64,000 bases of DNA, taken from IMG/VR virus record IMGVR_UViG_3300028840_008158; one strand, given 5' to 3'. Below the pieces are notes generated by a model, which made no database searches, was not told the origin of the DNA, and saw nothing but the letters and a program-made list of their open reading frames with translations. The stretch is from an uncultured virus (IMG/VR IMGVR_UViG_3300028840_008158). Taxonomy: Duplodnaviria > Heunggongvirae > Uroviricota > Caudoviricetes. Positions 52,868 to 62,440 of this stretch are shown here, one piece after another. Position numbers and translations under genes: made by a program. The number at the start of each line of letters is the position of its first letter. The first letter of the stretch is position 1.

Positions 52868-55800
52868 TTACAAGAGTGCGGCCTCGGAGAATATGGCGTT
52901 GAGCCGGTGCTCGGACGTATGCTCCTTCATGGTTCGCTCGTAACCCGCGAGCGCCACGCGTTCCCGTTCCGCCTCGTTCTTCAGGTAGTACCTGACCTTC
53001 TCGATCATGTCGGTCACGTCCCCGAAGACGGCGACCTCCATCCCGGGCTCGTAATACTCGGGCAGGTTCTCGGGCGCCCCCGTGAGCAGGAAGCCGCCGC
53101 AGGCCGGTACCTCGAAGTTCCTTCCTTTGATCTGCTTGAACCGGGCGTCGGCCGCGTTGTTGAGGTTCAGGTTGACCTTCGTCCGGTTGAACATCATGAT
53201 CATCTCCTCGAAGCTCAACCGGCGACCCCACCCCGTCCCGTATACCTCGACCTTGATGCCGGCGGCGCGCAACCGGTCGATGACCGCGCGCCGGTCACCG
53301 TGGGGTTGCCCTATGAAGCTGACCGGGACGTCCTTCTCGACGCCCTCGATCCTCCGGTAGTTCGGGCTCGCGAACCACTGGCTCTTGATGACCTTCCCGC
53401 CGAAGCCGTCGCGCGCGAACTTCTTCTGGGCGCTCGACGCCGTCGTGATGCAGAAGTCCAGGTACGGGGCCCACTTGGAGTCGAAGCTCTCGTACCGGAA
53501 GTGGGAGTCGCAGAACCAGTTCATGGTCACGGCGGGGCAGACGCGCTTGAGGCTCGTCAGCGCCTCCTTTCGGGGATCGTGATGATCGTCGAAGAAGACG
53601 CAAAAGACGGCGTCGGGTTGGAACGCCTCGGCCTCCTGGATCAGCATGTCGGACATCTTTGGGATGCCATGGACCTTGCCCATCTCGACGAAGTCGAAAT
53701 GGCGTAGCTCCTGCGTCCGCTCCCATTGCTCGAGGGAGGGCTTGAAGTTGCTTTCCTCGTAGCTCAAGCCGCGTTCCCTGATCCCGTAGTCCCACCTCAT
53801 GCCGAGGTAGAGTATCCTCAGCTTCTTCTTCGCGGGCGGCAGCTTCTCGTATTTCACTTCCAGTTCTCCTCGCATGCGCCTGGCGAACCTGTCGTAGGAG
53901 GCGGACAACGCGCTCTGGTAGCCGAACGTCTTCTGTCCATGGACTAGCGTCGCGTGCTGCTTGTGCAAAACGGCGTTCGTCGGGTTGAACGCCAGCCTGA
54001 ACCCGTTCTCCTTGGCGCGGATGCTCATCTCGACGTCCTCGTAGTACGCCGGCGAGTACCCCTCGTCGAGCAACCCCGCGACCTCGAAGACCCTCCTGTC
54101 GTACAGGACGCACGCGCCGCCCAGGTAGTCGAACGTCTGGTTCGCGCTCGTGCATTTGGCGCAAGAGCCCCAATTCCTGTCGAGCCTCCAGCCCTCGATG
54201 CCCACCATGGACGCGCCGTTCCTGATGTCGGAGAACAACTCCCCGACCCAGTCCCCCTTGATCTCGATGTCGTTGTCCATGAGGATCACGTAGGGGGCCG
54301 TGGAGGCGCGGATGCCCTGGTTCCGTCCCATCGGGATGCCGACGTTTCTGTCGTTGCGTATCAGGACCGAGTTGGGGACGCCTTGCAGGTACTCGACGGT
54401 CCCGTCCGTCGAGGCGTTGTCCACGAATATCAGGCGGTAGTTGATCGTGTGACGCATGATGCTCTCGACGCAGGGCTTCGTCATGTCCAGCCGGTTGTGG
54501 GTCAGGATGACGATGTCGACGCGGGGACGAGGCTTCGTGGAGATTGTCGGGACGATCTCCGAGCGAGGGGCGTAGGTAGGCGCCTTCCGGACGTTCTCCC
54601 TGGCCTTGATCATGTAGGGGGGCAAATTCGCGCGCGCCTTCTCGCGCTCGACGCGCCTGGCCTTGTTCTCCTCCCGCTCGATGTTCCACTTGGTCCGGAA
54701 CCGGATGGCGGCCGTCTGGCCCATGGAGTACCAGTCCAGGTTGGGATGGGCCAGCATGGTCGTCCGGCCGCGATGGAAGACGTAGGCGCGATTGGCCACG
54801 GCCATCCTGAGACCCGCGCCCTTGACGCGGGCGCTCATGTCCTCGGCCTCCATGCCGCCGAGCGACTCGTCGAAGTGCCCCACGCGACGGAGCGCGTCGG
54901 ACCTGAAGAGCATGCAGAAGCGAGCCAACTGGGTGACCTCGACATGATCGGGCTCGCGCGTCAGGACTTCCTGGGGGACTTCCTCCATGAAGGGCTTCTC
55001 GACGCGCCCGTACGATTGCGCCCCCGGGGCCGTGTTGGAGATCGGACCGACGGCGGCGATCCCCTCGTCCGACTCGAGGACCCGGATCATCTCCTCCATC
55101 GCCCCCCGCGACGGGATGCAGTCGTTGTCCATGAAGCAGATCATCTTGACGGAGGGGTCCAGGGAGACGCGCTGGAGGGCCGCGTTCCTCGCCTTGGCGA
55201 CGCCCTGGTTGGTCCGGAGCTGGATGGCGTTGTCCGGCTCCTCCTGCGTCATGAAGGACCACGTGTCGTCCGAGCTCCCGTTGTCGACGAGGATGAGCCG
55301 GTACGGGACGGACAGGACGCGTCGCATGGCCCCGACGCATTGGCGCGTGTGGGAGGAGCAATCGAACCCGACGACGATGATGGCCAGCGCGGGCTTGGGT
55401 GGGGGCGGCGCGAGCATGGACGCGTCCTCGGCCGGTTGGGGGCCGACGTCGGGATCGGGGATGAGCGCCCCGAGCTTGCGGTAGTATTTAACGCGCAAGG
55501 CCGCGAACTGCTTCCCCTTACCGCGCCATATCCAATGCTGGATCACGCCCGGCAGCAGGTCGATGCCCCCGTGCCTCTCGGCGATGGACGCCTCCACCGA
55601 CTCCGCGACGATGCCCCTGAACCTCACGTCGGGGTGGTTCCTGAATATCCTGACCTGGGGGCTCCGGAAGAACGGCTCCTTCGGGTCGGCGCCGAACCCC
55701 TCGGGGAAGTCCATGACCTTCAGGGAGAAGCCCCAGACGTTGGGCTTGGACGAGAGGATCGCCTTCCTGATGACGTTGACCGTCTTGTGGTCGACGACCT

Positions 55801-56056
55801 CGTCAGCGTCGAGGTAGAAGACCCAGTCCTCGGAGCAATGGTCGAGGCCGTGGTTCCTGGCCTTGGAATAGTCGTGCGTCCACGGGTAGGAGGTCACCTT
55901 GACCTTCCTGGAGGAGGCGCGGGCCGCTCGGACGGTACCGTCCGCCGACCCGGTGTCGACGACGACGATCTGGTCGGCCAGCTCCTTGATCGAGTCGATG
56001 GACTTCGGTAGGAGCTTCTCCTCGTTACGGACGACGTACAATACGGAAATTCCCAT
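52868..56056 (-). CDS. four-domain glycosyltransferase: three GT2 domains plus a CgeB-like GT-B domain
   Basis: VDTGS.DGT/LDADE; VDNGSSD/MDND; VDNASTDGT/MDND/EDVE; C-terminal KGRNFEVPACGGFLL. Confidence 0.9.
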   Translation of the reverse strand: MGISVLYVVRNEEKLLPKSIDSIKELADQIVVVDTGSADGTVRAARASSRKVKVTSYPWTHDYSKARNHGLDHCSEDWVFYLDADEVVDHKTVNVIRKAILSSKPNVWGFSLKVMDFPEGFGADPKEPFFRSPQVRIFRNHPDVRFRGIVAESVEASIAERHGGIDLLPGVIQHWIWRGKGKQFAALRVKYYRKLGALIPDPDVGPQPAEDASMLAPPPPKPALAIIVVGFDCSSHTRQCVGAMRRVLSVPYRLILVDNGSSDDTWSFMTQEEPDNAIQLRTNQGVAKARNAALQRVSLDPSVKMICFMDNDCIPSRGAMEEMIRVLESDEGIAAVGPISNTAPGAQSYGRVEKPFMEEVPQEVLTREPDHVEVTQLARFCMLFRSDALRRVGHFDESLGGMEAEDMSARVKGAGLRMAVANRAYVFHRGRTTMLAHPNLDWYSMGQTAAIRFRTKWNIEREENKARRVEREKARANLPPYMIKARENVRKAPTYAPRSEIVPTISTKPRPRVDIVILTHNRLDMTKPCVESIMRHTINYRLIFVDNASTDGTVEYLQGVPNSVLIRNDRNVGIPMGRNQGIRASTAPYVILMDNDIEIKGDWVGELFSDIRNGASMVGIEGWRLDRNWGSCAKCTSANQTFDYLGGACVLYDRRVFEVAGLLDEGYSPAYYEDVEMSIRAKENGFRLAFNPTNAVLHKQHATLVHGQKTFGYQSALSASYDRFARRMRGELEVKYEKLPPAKKKLRILYLGMRWDYGIRERGLSYEESNFKPSLEQWERTQELRHFDFVEMGKVHGIPKMSDMLIQEAEAFQPDAVFCVFFDDHHDPRKEALTSLKRVCPAVTMNWFCDSHFRYESFDSKWAPYLDFCITTASSAQKKFARDGFGGKVIKSQWFASPNYRRIEGVEKDVPVSFIGQPHGDRRAVIDRLRAAGIKVEVYGTGWGRRLSFEEMIMMFNRTKVNLNLNNAADARFKQIKGRNFEVPACGGFLLTGAPENLPEYYEPGMEVAVFGDVTDMIEKVRYYLKNEAERERVALAGYERTMKEHTSEHRLNAIFSEAALL

Positions 56057-56058
56057 GT

Positions 56059-57396
56059 TCAACTCCCGGGGAATAGCTCGGCCACGACCCTTTCCGCGCA
56101 ACGATCCCAGGTATATTCCCTCAAAACCTTGTCCCGGAAGGCGTCGACCTTGGAGCTCGCCGCGTCCCGGTCCTCCAGGGCCGCCCTCATGTGGGCGCCG
56201 AACTTCTCGATGGAGTCCTCCCCGTAGACGGCGAAGTCCTGGCCCCTGTAGTACTCGGATATCCAGGTCAGCTTGTCGTCCGCCGGCCCCACCGACTCCG
56301 GCTCGACGAGCCACGCCACCGACTCGTCGAGATAGTCCGTCATCGCGGTATTATACGCGGACACGACTGGAATCCCGCACGCGGCGGCCTCGATGACCGG
56401 CAACGCGAAGCCCTCGCCCCGCGAGCAGAAGACGAAGCCGTCGGCCGACGCGTAGATTCCGGGCATCTTGTTGATGGGGACGCAGTCGCCGCAATAGTAG
56501 ATCGGCGGGGGGTCGTCCTTCTTCTCCTGCTCGTAGTAGGTCTTGATCTCGTCCCGGACGTGCTTCTTGTGTGCCTCGGCCGATGACCCGACGTAGCGCG
56601 AGTAGACGACGAGGCAGGCGTCGTCCTTGGAGGAGAACTCGCGGACGAAGGACCGGCACAGGATGTCCGGCCCCTTCCTGTACGACCACCCGAAGACGCT
56701 CATCAGGCGCCTCCTGGGGGGCAGCTCCCTCAGCCTGACGCCCGAGATGATCTCGTCGTATGACAGCTCGGGCTCCTGGGCCCCGGGCTTGTAGATGCGA
56801 TGGTTGACGCCCAGCGGAAGGACCTTGATCGGCTTCTGGATGCCCGACTTGCGAAAGACGTCCTCGTAGAACCGGCACGGGACCCATACCTCGGACGCGC
56901 ATTGGTTGCATCGCTTGGCGAACTCGCCATGGACCTTGTTGCTGCTCTCCATCATGGTGTAGAAGATGACGCGTCGCCCGCGCCCCTGGACCGGCATCGG
57001 GGTGAACCCCACGACGAGGGGGCACGCGCCCTCGTCGGGGAGCCGGTTGCCCTCCATCGCGCGGATCATGGCCATGGTGAGGGGGTCGACCTGCATGGCC
57101 GTCCGGAGGACGTCGGCCTTGACGTTGACGCCGTGATGGACCAGGCGCAGGCATATCTCGCGGTTCATGTTCGCGTAGCCGCCCGCGTCGGAGAAGCTCC
57201 CTCGCCAGACGACGGACTTGTCCGTGGATTTTCGGGGGGAGTCGACGCGTCGTTCTTTCCCCTGCGAGTGGACGACGACCTTGTCGTCTGGGCCGGTCAT
57301 CCCCGAGACGGTCTTCTGGAACGATTTCTCGTCGAGGTTTCCCGTGTTCTGGATGATGACGGAGCCGGTCTTCTTGTTGACGGCGGTCAGTTTCAT
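56059..57396 (-). CDS. glycosyltransferase family 4 (GT-B)
   Basis: GGYAN, PLGV, RKG.D.L, SRGEGFALPVIEAAACGIP. Confidence 0.9.
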   Translation of the reverse strand: MKLTAVNKKTGSVIIQNTGNLDEKSFQKTVSGMTGPDDKVVVHSQGKERRVDSPRKSTDKSVVWRGSFSDAGGYANMNREICLRLVHHGVNVKADVLRTAMQVDPLTMAMIRAMEGNRLPDEGACPLVVGFTPMPVQGRGRRVIFYTMMESSNKVHGEFAKRCNQCASEVWVPCRFYEDVFRKSGIQKPIKVLPLGVNHRIYKPGAQEPELSYDEIISGVRLRELPPRRRLMSVFGWSYRKGPDILCRSFVREFSSKDDACLVVYSRYVGSSAEAHKKHVRDEIKTYYEQEKKDDPPPIYYCGDCVPINKMPGIYASADGFVFCSRGEGFALPVIEAAACGIPVVSAYNTAMTDYLDESVAWLVEPESVGPADDKLTWISEYYRGQDFAVYGEDSIEKFGAHMRAALEDRDAASSKVDAFRDKVLREYTWDRCAERVVAELFPGS

Positions 57397-57441
57397 GCTC
57401 AAGCCCCGGGGGCTTTATACGGCATCCTTGATCTCGTCGCC

Positions 57442-58167
57442 TTACGTTTCTTGGCCGGTCGAGATTCTGATGTTGCCCCCCAGGTTCTTGGCGTGGGTAC
57501 CGCCGTACGTCCCCTCGTAGCATACGGTCCCCGAGGAGGAAATGACCTCGTAGTGGGGGCTGGGAGGGCTCGCGCCCGCCTCGTCGTTGTCATATGAAAA
57601 TATGTGGCCGCCTTGGCTGAAAATCCCGCAGTAGGCGCTCTGTAAGTAGTTGTTTCTGGTATAGACGCAAGCCCCGTAGGTCGAGACAATACCGTAGAAT
57701 ACCTTCGCGTCTCCGCTCACATAGCCCCCTATGATGTATCCATACTGGACGTAAGCGCTCCGGCAGGAATCGAACCGAAGGCCATAGCCCTCGTCCCTGT
57801 CGTACGTGACCTTGAGGTAATTGAATTGTAGCTCGCAACTGATCCTGCGAAACTCTATGGCTACTGCTGGGTCCTCCACCCCAGAGAAGTCCAAGTGAAC
57901 GGCCTGGTCGGTATGCAGACCCGCCGTCTCCGTGGTGTTTCCCTGGAGGACGATCTTCCCGGCCCCTATGAATCCGCCCAAGTCCATCGTCGCAGATAGC
58001 GGGTACTCCCCGTCCGCGAACTGGATGGTGAGGGTCTTGCCATAAGGGATGTACTTTGGCTGCGACTGTATGGCCGCCACGATCTCGGCGGCGGACATCG
58101 TGTTGTCCACGTTCACCGTGGTATCGGATTGCAGGATGTCTACCGTATCCTTGAACGTGGTCATCAT
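57442..58167 (-). CDS. beta-helix-like fibre/adhesin protein, paralog 3
   Basis: DNTMSAAEI...PKYIP...IQFADGEY...GFIG. Confidence 0.6.
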   Translation of the reverse strand: MMTTFKDTVDILQSDTTVNVDNTMSAAEIVAAIQSQPKYIPYGKTLTIQFADGEYPLSATMDLGGFIGAGKIVLQGNTTETAGLHTDQAVHLDFSGVEDPAVAIEFRRISCELQFNYLKVTYDRDEGYGLRFDSCRSAYVQYGYIIGGYVSGDAKVFYGIVSTYGACVYTRNNYLQSAYCGIFSQGGHIFSYDNDEAGASPPSPHYEVISSSGTVCYEGTYGGTHAKNLGGNIRISTGQET

Positions 58168-58853
58168 CAGAAGTACGCCCTCGACCCGGCCCCGACTACT
58201 CTCGCCGTGGTAAAATTGCTGTAGTGGTGTACCTGGGAACCGGCGTCCGCGTAGGTTATGTTGACCGGGTAGCTCCCGGACCTTGCCTGCTCCCGCAGGA
58301 AGCTCATACCGGCCGAGCTCGTCGTCACGGCGTGGTAGTTCTCCGAGTACGTGTTCCGTAGCGCATACAGGTAGCCACGGGAGTTGTAGATGGCTTGGTA
58401 GCTCCACGAGTTCACGTGGGCGTCCCCGGCGATGTAGTTGTAGTACAGGTCGGCCCGGACGTTGCCAACTAGATAGATGGCCCTCTCCCCGGAAACGTGG
58501 GAAACCTTGATGTTCCTGAATATGCAATGGCAAGAGTTCCCTTGGAGCCGGATCGGAATCGAGACGGATTGGGTTTGCGCGTCCAGGACCACGGACTGGG
58601 TCGTGTAGGGCGAGCCAGTGGTTTCCCCCGTGTTTCCGTAGATGCGAACGCTGCCATACCCCATGAACCCATTCCACACAAGATAGGAATCCAACTCGTA
58701 CGTCCCGTCCGCGAACTGGAACTGTACGTACCTATCGTACGGGATGTACTTTGGGGCGCTGTCGATGAGCGACTGCATCTCGGCCGCCGACATGGAGTTG
58801 TCGAAGTTGATCGTCGTCGTGAGGCCCGCTTTGAGGGGCAGTTCGAAGCTCAT
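58167..58853 (-). CDS. beta-helix-like fibre/adhesin protein, paralog 2
   Basis: DNSMSAAEM...PKYIP...FQFADGTY...GFMG. Confidence 0.6.
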   Translation of the reverse strand: MSFELPLKAGLTTTINFDNSMSAAEMQSLIDSAPKYIPYDRYVQFQFADGTYELDSYLVWNGFMGYGSVRIYGNTGETTGSPYTTQSVVLDAQTQSVSIPIRLQGNSCHCIFRNIKVSHVSGERAIYLVGNVRADLYYNYIAGDAHVNSWSYQAIYNSRGYLYALRNTYSENYHAVTTSSAGMSFLREQARSGSYPVNITYADAGSQVHHYSNFTTARVVGAGSRAYF

Positions 58854-59581
58854 AGGCTCTGGCGGCTCCCATTGGCGTCAACGACTCCGCAGGTGGACTG
58901 GAATGTCGCCGCGGTACCGTAGTCGGGGTAGGCGGCCAACGACGTACAGTATCCCGCCGTGTTCGCATGGAGGGAGTAGGCCGGGAGGTTGCCCGCTCCG
59001 GCCTCCGCGTAGTCGTCGTTCGACCCGTTGAATCCCATCTTCTGGGCGACGAGCGCCGCCCATAGCTTTCCAAACACGTTCCGGTACGAGTAGGTCTTGC
59101 CCCAGTCCGTCACGAGCCCATAGCTACCCGAGGTCGTGTTGTTCTGGCCCTCGAAAAAATTGAGGAGCACATAGGAACCGGTGACGTTGTCGATTGCGAG
59201 GGCGTAGGTCCCCGACACGCTTTTGATCTTGATCCTGAGCCACCTTACGATGCTCTGACCGCTGCATCCCTTCAGGAGGATTCCGCCGTCGTCCTGCCCC
59301 TGGAAGTCAAGCACCACGCTTTGCGTCTTGTAGGCCGAGGAGCCGTCGTTGACGCCCCGAATCTCGACTAGGTGACCACAGAACCCCGCGAAGACGAGCC
59401 GCCTGTCCAGGGTATACGTCCCGGCGGCGAACCTGAATTGTATACTATAGGCATAGCGCGGCGTGTTGTCTATGATGGACTGGATCGTGGACGCCGTCAT
59501 CGAGTTGTCGAAATCGACGTACGTAATCGATGTTACTGGCAATTCCGGCGTATGCGTAAGTACCTGTCCGTTGAAGCTCAT
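58850..59581 (-). CDS. beta-helix-like fibre/adhesin protein, paralog 1
   Basis: DNSMTASTI...PRY...FRFAAGTY...GFCG. Confidence 0.6.
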   Translation of the reverse strand: MSFNGQVLTHTPELPVTSITYVDFDNSMTASTIQSIIDNTPRYAYSIQFRFAAGTYTLDRRLVFAGFCGHLVEIRGVNDGSSAYKTQSVVLDFQGQDDGGILLKGCSGQSIVRWLRIKIKSVSGTYALAIDNVTGSYVLLNFFEGQNNTTSGSYGLVTDWGKTYSYRNVFGKLWAALVAQKMGFNGSNDDYAEAGAGNLPAYSLHANTAGYCTSLAAYPDYGTAATFQSTCGVVDANGSRQSL

Positions 59582-59595
59582 GTCATGTTACCCCG

Positions 59596-59922
59596 TTACG
59601 CGTCGTCCTCGGTCCCGAACAGGTTCCATGACGTGTCCGCCGTGCTGGCGTATATCTGGACCTCGTCGGCGGCGTCGAGCGTCATACCGATGGTCAAGAA
59701 GCGGCTGTCGTTGGCGCCGATCGGGTAGTCGTACATGAGGTATTGCTTGTTGGCCGTCGCCGCCCCGTCCTCCGCGACGTATAGGCGCACGGTGGCCGAA
59801 CTGCTGCCCCGGTTGCAGATGACCACCGTGGATACGACGGTCACCTTGCTGGCCGGGACGGTATAAAGGGTGGTCTCGGTCGTCGCGCTGGGGGCCGACT
59901 GGCCCAGGATCTTAGCTCCCAT
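59596..59922 (-). CDS. small beta-rich putative virion protein
   Basis: TTLYTVPAS..TVVSTVVICNR...TL.A.D...Y; sits among fibre genes. Confidence 0.65.
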   Translation of the reverse strand: MGAKILGQSAPSATTETTLYTVPASKVTVVSTVVICNRGSSSATVRLYVAEDGAATANKQYLMYDYPIGANDSRFLTIGMTLDAADEVQIYASTADTSWNLFGTEDDA

Positions 59923-59923
59923 T

Positions 59924-61438
59924 TTATGCTCCCATCATCATGAAAACCCGGTTCCAGTCGGCGGTTCCGCCTCCGCCGCCGCCCCCGGAGAAACCGGAAA
60001 ACCCGGAAAATCCTTCCGCGTCCACTCCCGAAAACCCGGACGTCCCGGAATATCCTGAATAGGTTCCGGAGAAACCGGACGTTCCCGAGGTTCCGGCCTG
60101 CCCCGAGAAACCGCTGGTCCCGGAGGATCCGCTGTACGCGCTGAAACCGCTCGTCCCCGAATGAGCGGACGTTCCGGAGTAACCGGACGCGCCGGAGTAA
60201 CCGGACGTGCCGGATTGTCCGCTCGTCCCTGATGTTCCAGAGAACGCGCTCGTTCCCGAATAAGCGGACGTTCCAGAGGTACCGGAAAGTCCGCTGGAGC
60301 CCGAATAGGCGCTGAACCCGGAAGTTCCTGACGTCCCGCTGGCTCCTGACTCCCCGCTAGCTCCTGACTCCCCGCTAGCTCCTGACTCCCCGCTCTCTCC
60401 GGAGAACCCCGAGACGCCGCTCGTCCCGGAGAACCCGGAATAGGTTCCTGAAAATCCAGACGTTCCTGACTGGCCCGAACTTCCGGCCGTGCCGCTCGTC
60501 CCGCTTATCCCGCTGTAGCCGAGCCCGGAATAACCGCTGACTCCGGAATAACCGCTTGTCCCGCTGGCTCCGGATTGGCCCGATATTCCCGAGGTTCCGC
60601 TCAATGAGCTAAAGCCGCTGGCCCCGCTTGTCCCCGACGTTCCCGACGCCCCGCTCTCGCCGCTGTGGCCGAGCCCGGAATAGCCGCTGACGCCCGAGAA
60701 CCCGCTCGTCCCACTGAACGCCGATTGCCCGGACGAGCCGGAGGTTCCGCTCAACGAGCTGAACCCGCTGCTCCCGCTGGAACCCGAAGTCCCCGACGCC
60801 CCGCTCTCGCCGCTGTGGCCGAGCCCGGAGTAGCCGCTGACGCCCGAGAACCCACTCGTCCCGCTCGTTCCGGACGTCCCGGAGTACGCGCTAGTCCCTG
60901 ATGTCCCTGATGTCCCGGATGTTCCCGACGTGCCCGACGTCCCGCTTTCCCCAGACGCGCCGGTGAACCCGCTGGTCCCGCTTTGACCGGAAAACGCGCC
61001 GCTGAACCCGGAAGCGCCCGACGAGCCGGATGATCCGGAGGGGCCGCTCGGTCCCGATACCCCTTCTTCCCCCGAAAAGCCCGACGTCCCGCTCATCCCG
61101 CTCATCCCGGAATGACCGCTCCTGCCGCTGTACCCGACTGGACCAGGATAACCGGACGTCCCGGAGAAACCGCTGTACGTGCCGGAGAAGCCGCTCGTCC
61201 CGGATTGGCCGCTGGCCCCGGACTCGCCCGAGTAGTTCCCGGAGAAGCCGCTGGTTCCGGATATCCCGGAACCCACGGCCCCCGAGGCTCCGCTGAGGCC
61301 GCTTGATCCGCTGACGCCAGACCTTCCGGAATGGCCCGACCTGCCTGACATCCCGGACTTGCCGGAGCACCCGTCGAGGCCGCTCTTGCCGGACCACCCC
61401 GAGCTTCCGGAGGCACCAGAATAACCGGATGAAGCCAT
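59924..61438 (-). CDS. Gly-X-Ser triplet repeat (collagen-like) fibre protein
   Basis: about 480 aa of (S-G-X)n such as SGTSGFSG; short tail WNRVFMMMGA; GGGAGAGG RBS. Confidence 0.85.
   Translation of the reverse strand: MASSGYSGASGSSGWSGKSGLDGCSGKSGMSGRSGHSGRSGVSGSSGLSGASGAVGSGISGTSGFSGNYSGESGASGQSGTSGFSGTYSGFSGTSGYPGPVGYSGRSGHSGMSGMSGTSGFSGEEGVSGPSGPSGSSGSSGASGFSGAFSGQSGTSGFTGASGESGTSGTSGTSGTSGTSGTSAYSGTSGTSGTSGFSGVSGYSGLGHSGESGASGTSGSSGSSGFSSLSGTSGSSGQSAFSGTSGFSGVSGYSGLGHSGESGASGTSGTSGASGFSSLSGTSGISGQSGASGTSGYSGVSGYSGLGYSGISGTSGTAGSSGQSGTSGFSGTYSGFSGTSGVSGFSGESGESGASGESGASGESGASGTSGTSGFSAYSGSSGLSGTSGTSAYSGTSAFSGTSGTSGQSGTSGYSGASGYSGTSAHSGTSGFSAYSGSSGTSGFSGQAGTSGTSGFSGTYSGYSGTSGFSGVDAEGFSGFSGFSGGGGGGGTADWNRVFMMMGA
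60342..60853. repeat. internal DNA repeats of the Gly-X-Ser gene
   Basis: 18-bp unit GCTCCTGACTCCCCGCTA x3 (60342-60394); near-identical 62-bp blocks at 60642 and 60792 (150-bp period). Confidence 0.85.
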
Positions 61439-61532
61439 GTTCGTCCCTCTCCCATCTGTTTTAGGCGCGGTGGAGCCCATAACCTTCTTGTAGCGGCCAG
61501 GGATGGGGATATAATCAATCGGGAGGAAGAAG

Positions 61533-62255
61533 ATGATCGACATACACGATGACAAGGCGTTGGCCAGCGCCGCCGTGTCCCTCGCGACGGGCGGCGAGGA
61601 CCCGGGCTTCCAGGCCATGTTGTCCGGCCCCGACTCTTCCAGGGAGATGGCCGAGCGCGCCTTGGTGTCGTGCATCGCCATGGCGCTCAGCGGCGCGCTG
61701 GACGGGTCGGCGGGGGCGGCCATCATCACGGCCACCCGCCTGCTCCACGAGGCGGACAGCCGGGCGGCCCTACAGTTGTGGGAGCGCATCGCCGACGACT
61801 TCGTCTGTTCCAGGAGATGGGACGAGAAGGTGATGATCGTCGTGGGTCGCGCCCTGGCCGAGAAGTCGACGTGGTCCGGTTGGGGGAGCCTGTTGTCGAT
61901 CTCCGAGGGCGACGAATGCAAGCAGATGGCACGCGACGCCCTCATGGAATCGCCCCCGCGCCTCATCGGCGCCCTGCTCTACGCCGCCATAAAGAAGGAC
62001 AGCTTGGACCAGAAGCTCGTCGAGATGAGCAAGGAGAAGTTCGGGATTCGCGCGATCGGGTCCTCCGTCTCGGGGATGTCCCCGCTGGCGCGCAAGGACG
62101 TCAAGGCCGCGCTACGGATGAGCAAGGAGGAGGAGGCCGAGTTCGAGGAGGGGATGGCGGCGGACTTGTTCGGCAACGACGAGGAGGAAAAGTGGAAGCC
62201 ATTGAGCATTTTGGCAAACCCCAGAGAGAATGCGAGGTCTGCAAGAAGCGGATAA
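61533..62255 (+). CDS. alpha-helical hypothetical protein
   Basis: GGAGGA RBS; Ala/Leu-rich helical repeats. Confidence 0.7.
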   Translation: MIDIHDDKALASAAVSLATGGEDPGFQAMLSGPDSSREMAERALVSCIAMALSGALDGSAGAAIITATRLLHEADSRAALQLWERIADDFVCSRRWDEKVMIVVGRALAEKSTWSGWGSLLSISEGDECKQMARDALMESPPRLIGALLYAAIKKDSLDQKLVEMSKEKFGIRAIGSSVSGMSPLARKDVKAALRMSKEEEAEFEEGMAADLFGNDEEEKWKPLSILANPRENARSARSG

Positions 62256-62440
62256 CGGAGTTCCGCATCCTGAGGATCAAGGTCTCGGCCAAGTCCGGCG
62301 AGAAGCTCGCCGATCTGCGATACGAGGTTCCGCTCTGCGAGAAGCATCGCGGGGACGAATCGGCGGCCGTCAACGTCGGGGTTTCCTGGGAGAAGGAGCT
62401 ATACAAGGATGACGGCAAGGAAGCTCTCGTGGCCAAGTAA
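62192..62440 (+). CDS. small zinc-binding protein
   Basis: GTG after GAGGAGG; CEVC...CEKH. Confidence 0.55.
   Translation: MEAIEHFGKPQRECEVCKKRITEFRILRIKVSAKSGEKLADLRYEVPLCEKHRGDESAAVNVGVSWEKELYKDDGKEALVAK

Noticed and set aside
11746..56011. Long alternative-frame and antisense ORFs (e.g. 11946-14006 +, 17486-18793 +, 53295-55361 -, 53954-56011 +)
   Set aside because: They are shadows of real genes caused by high GC3; Arg/Pro/Gly-rich with no motifs.
59924..61438. CRISPR array or non-coding tandem repeat
   Set aside because: The repeats are in-frame codon repeats with synonymous variation and no repeat-spacer structure; no CRISPR array was seen in the window.
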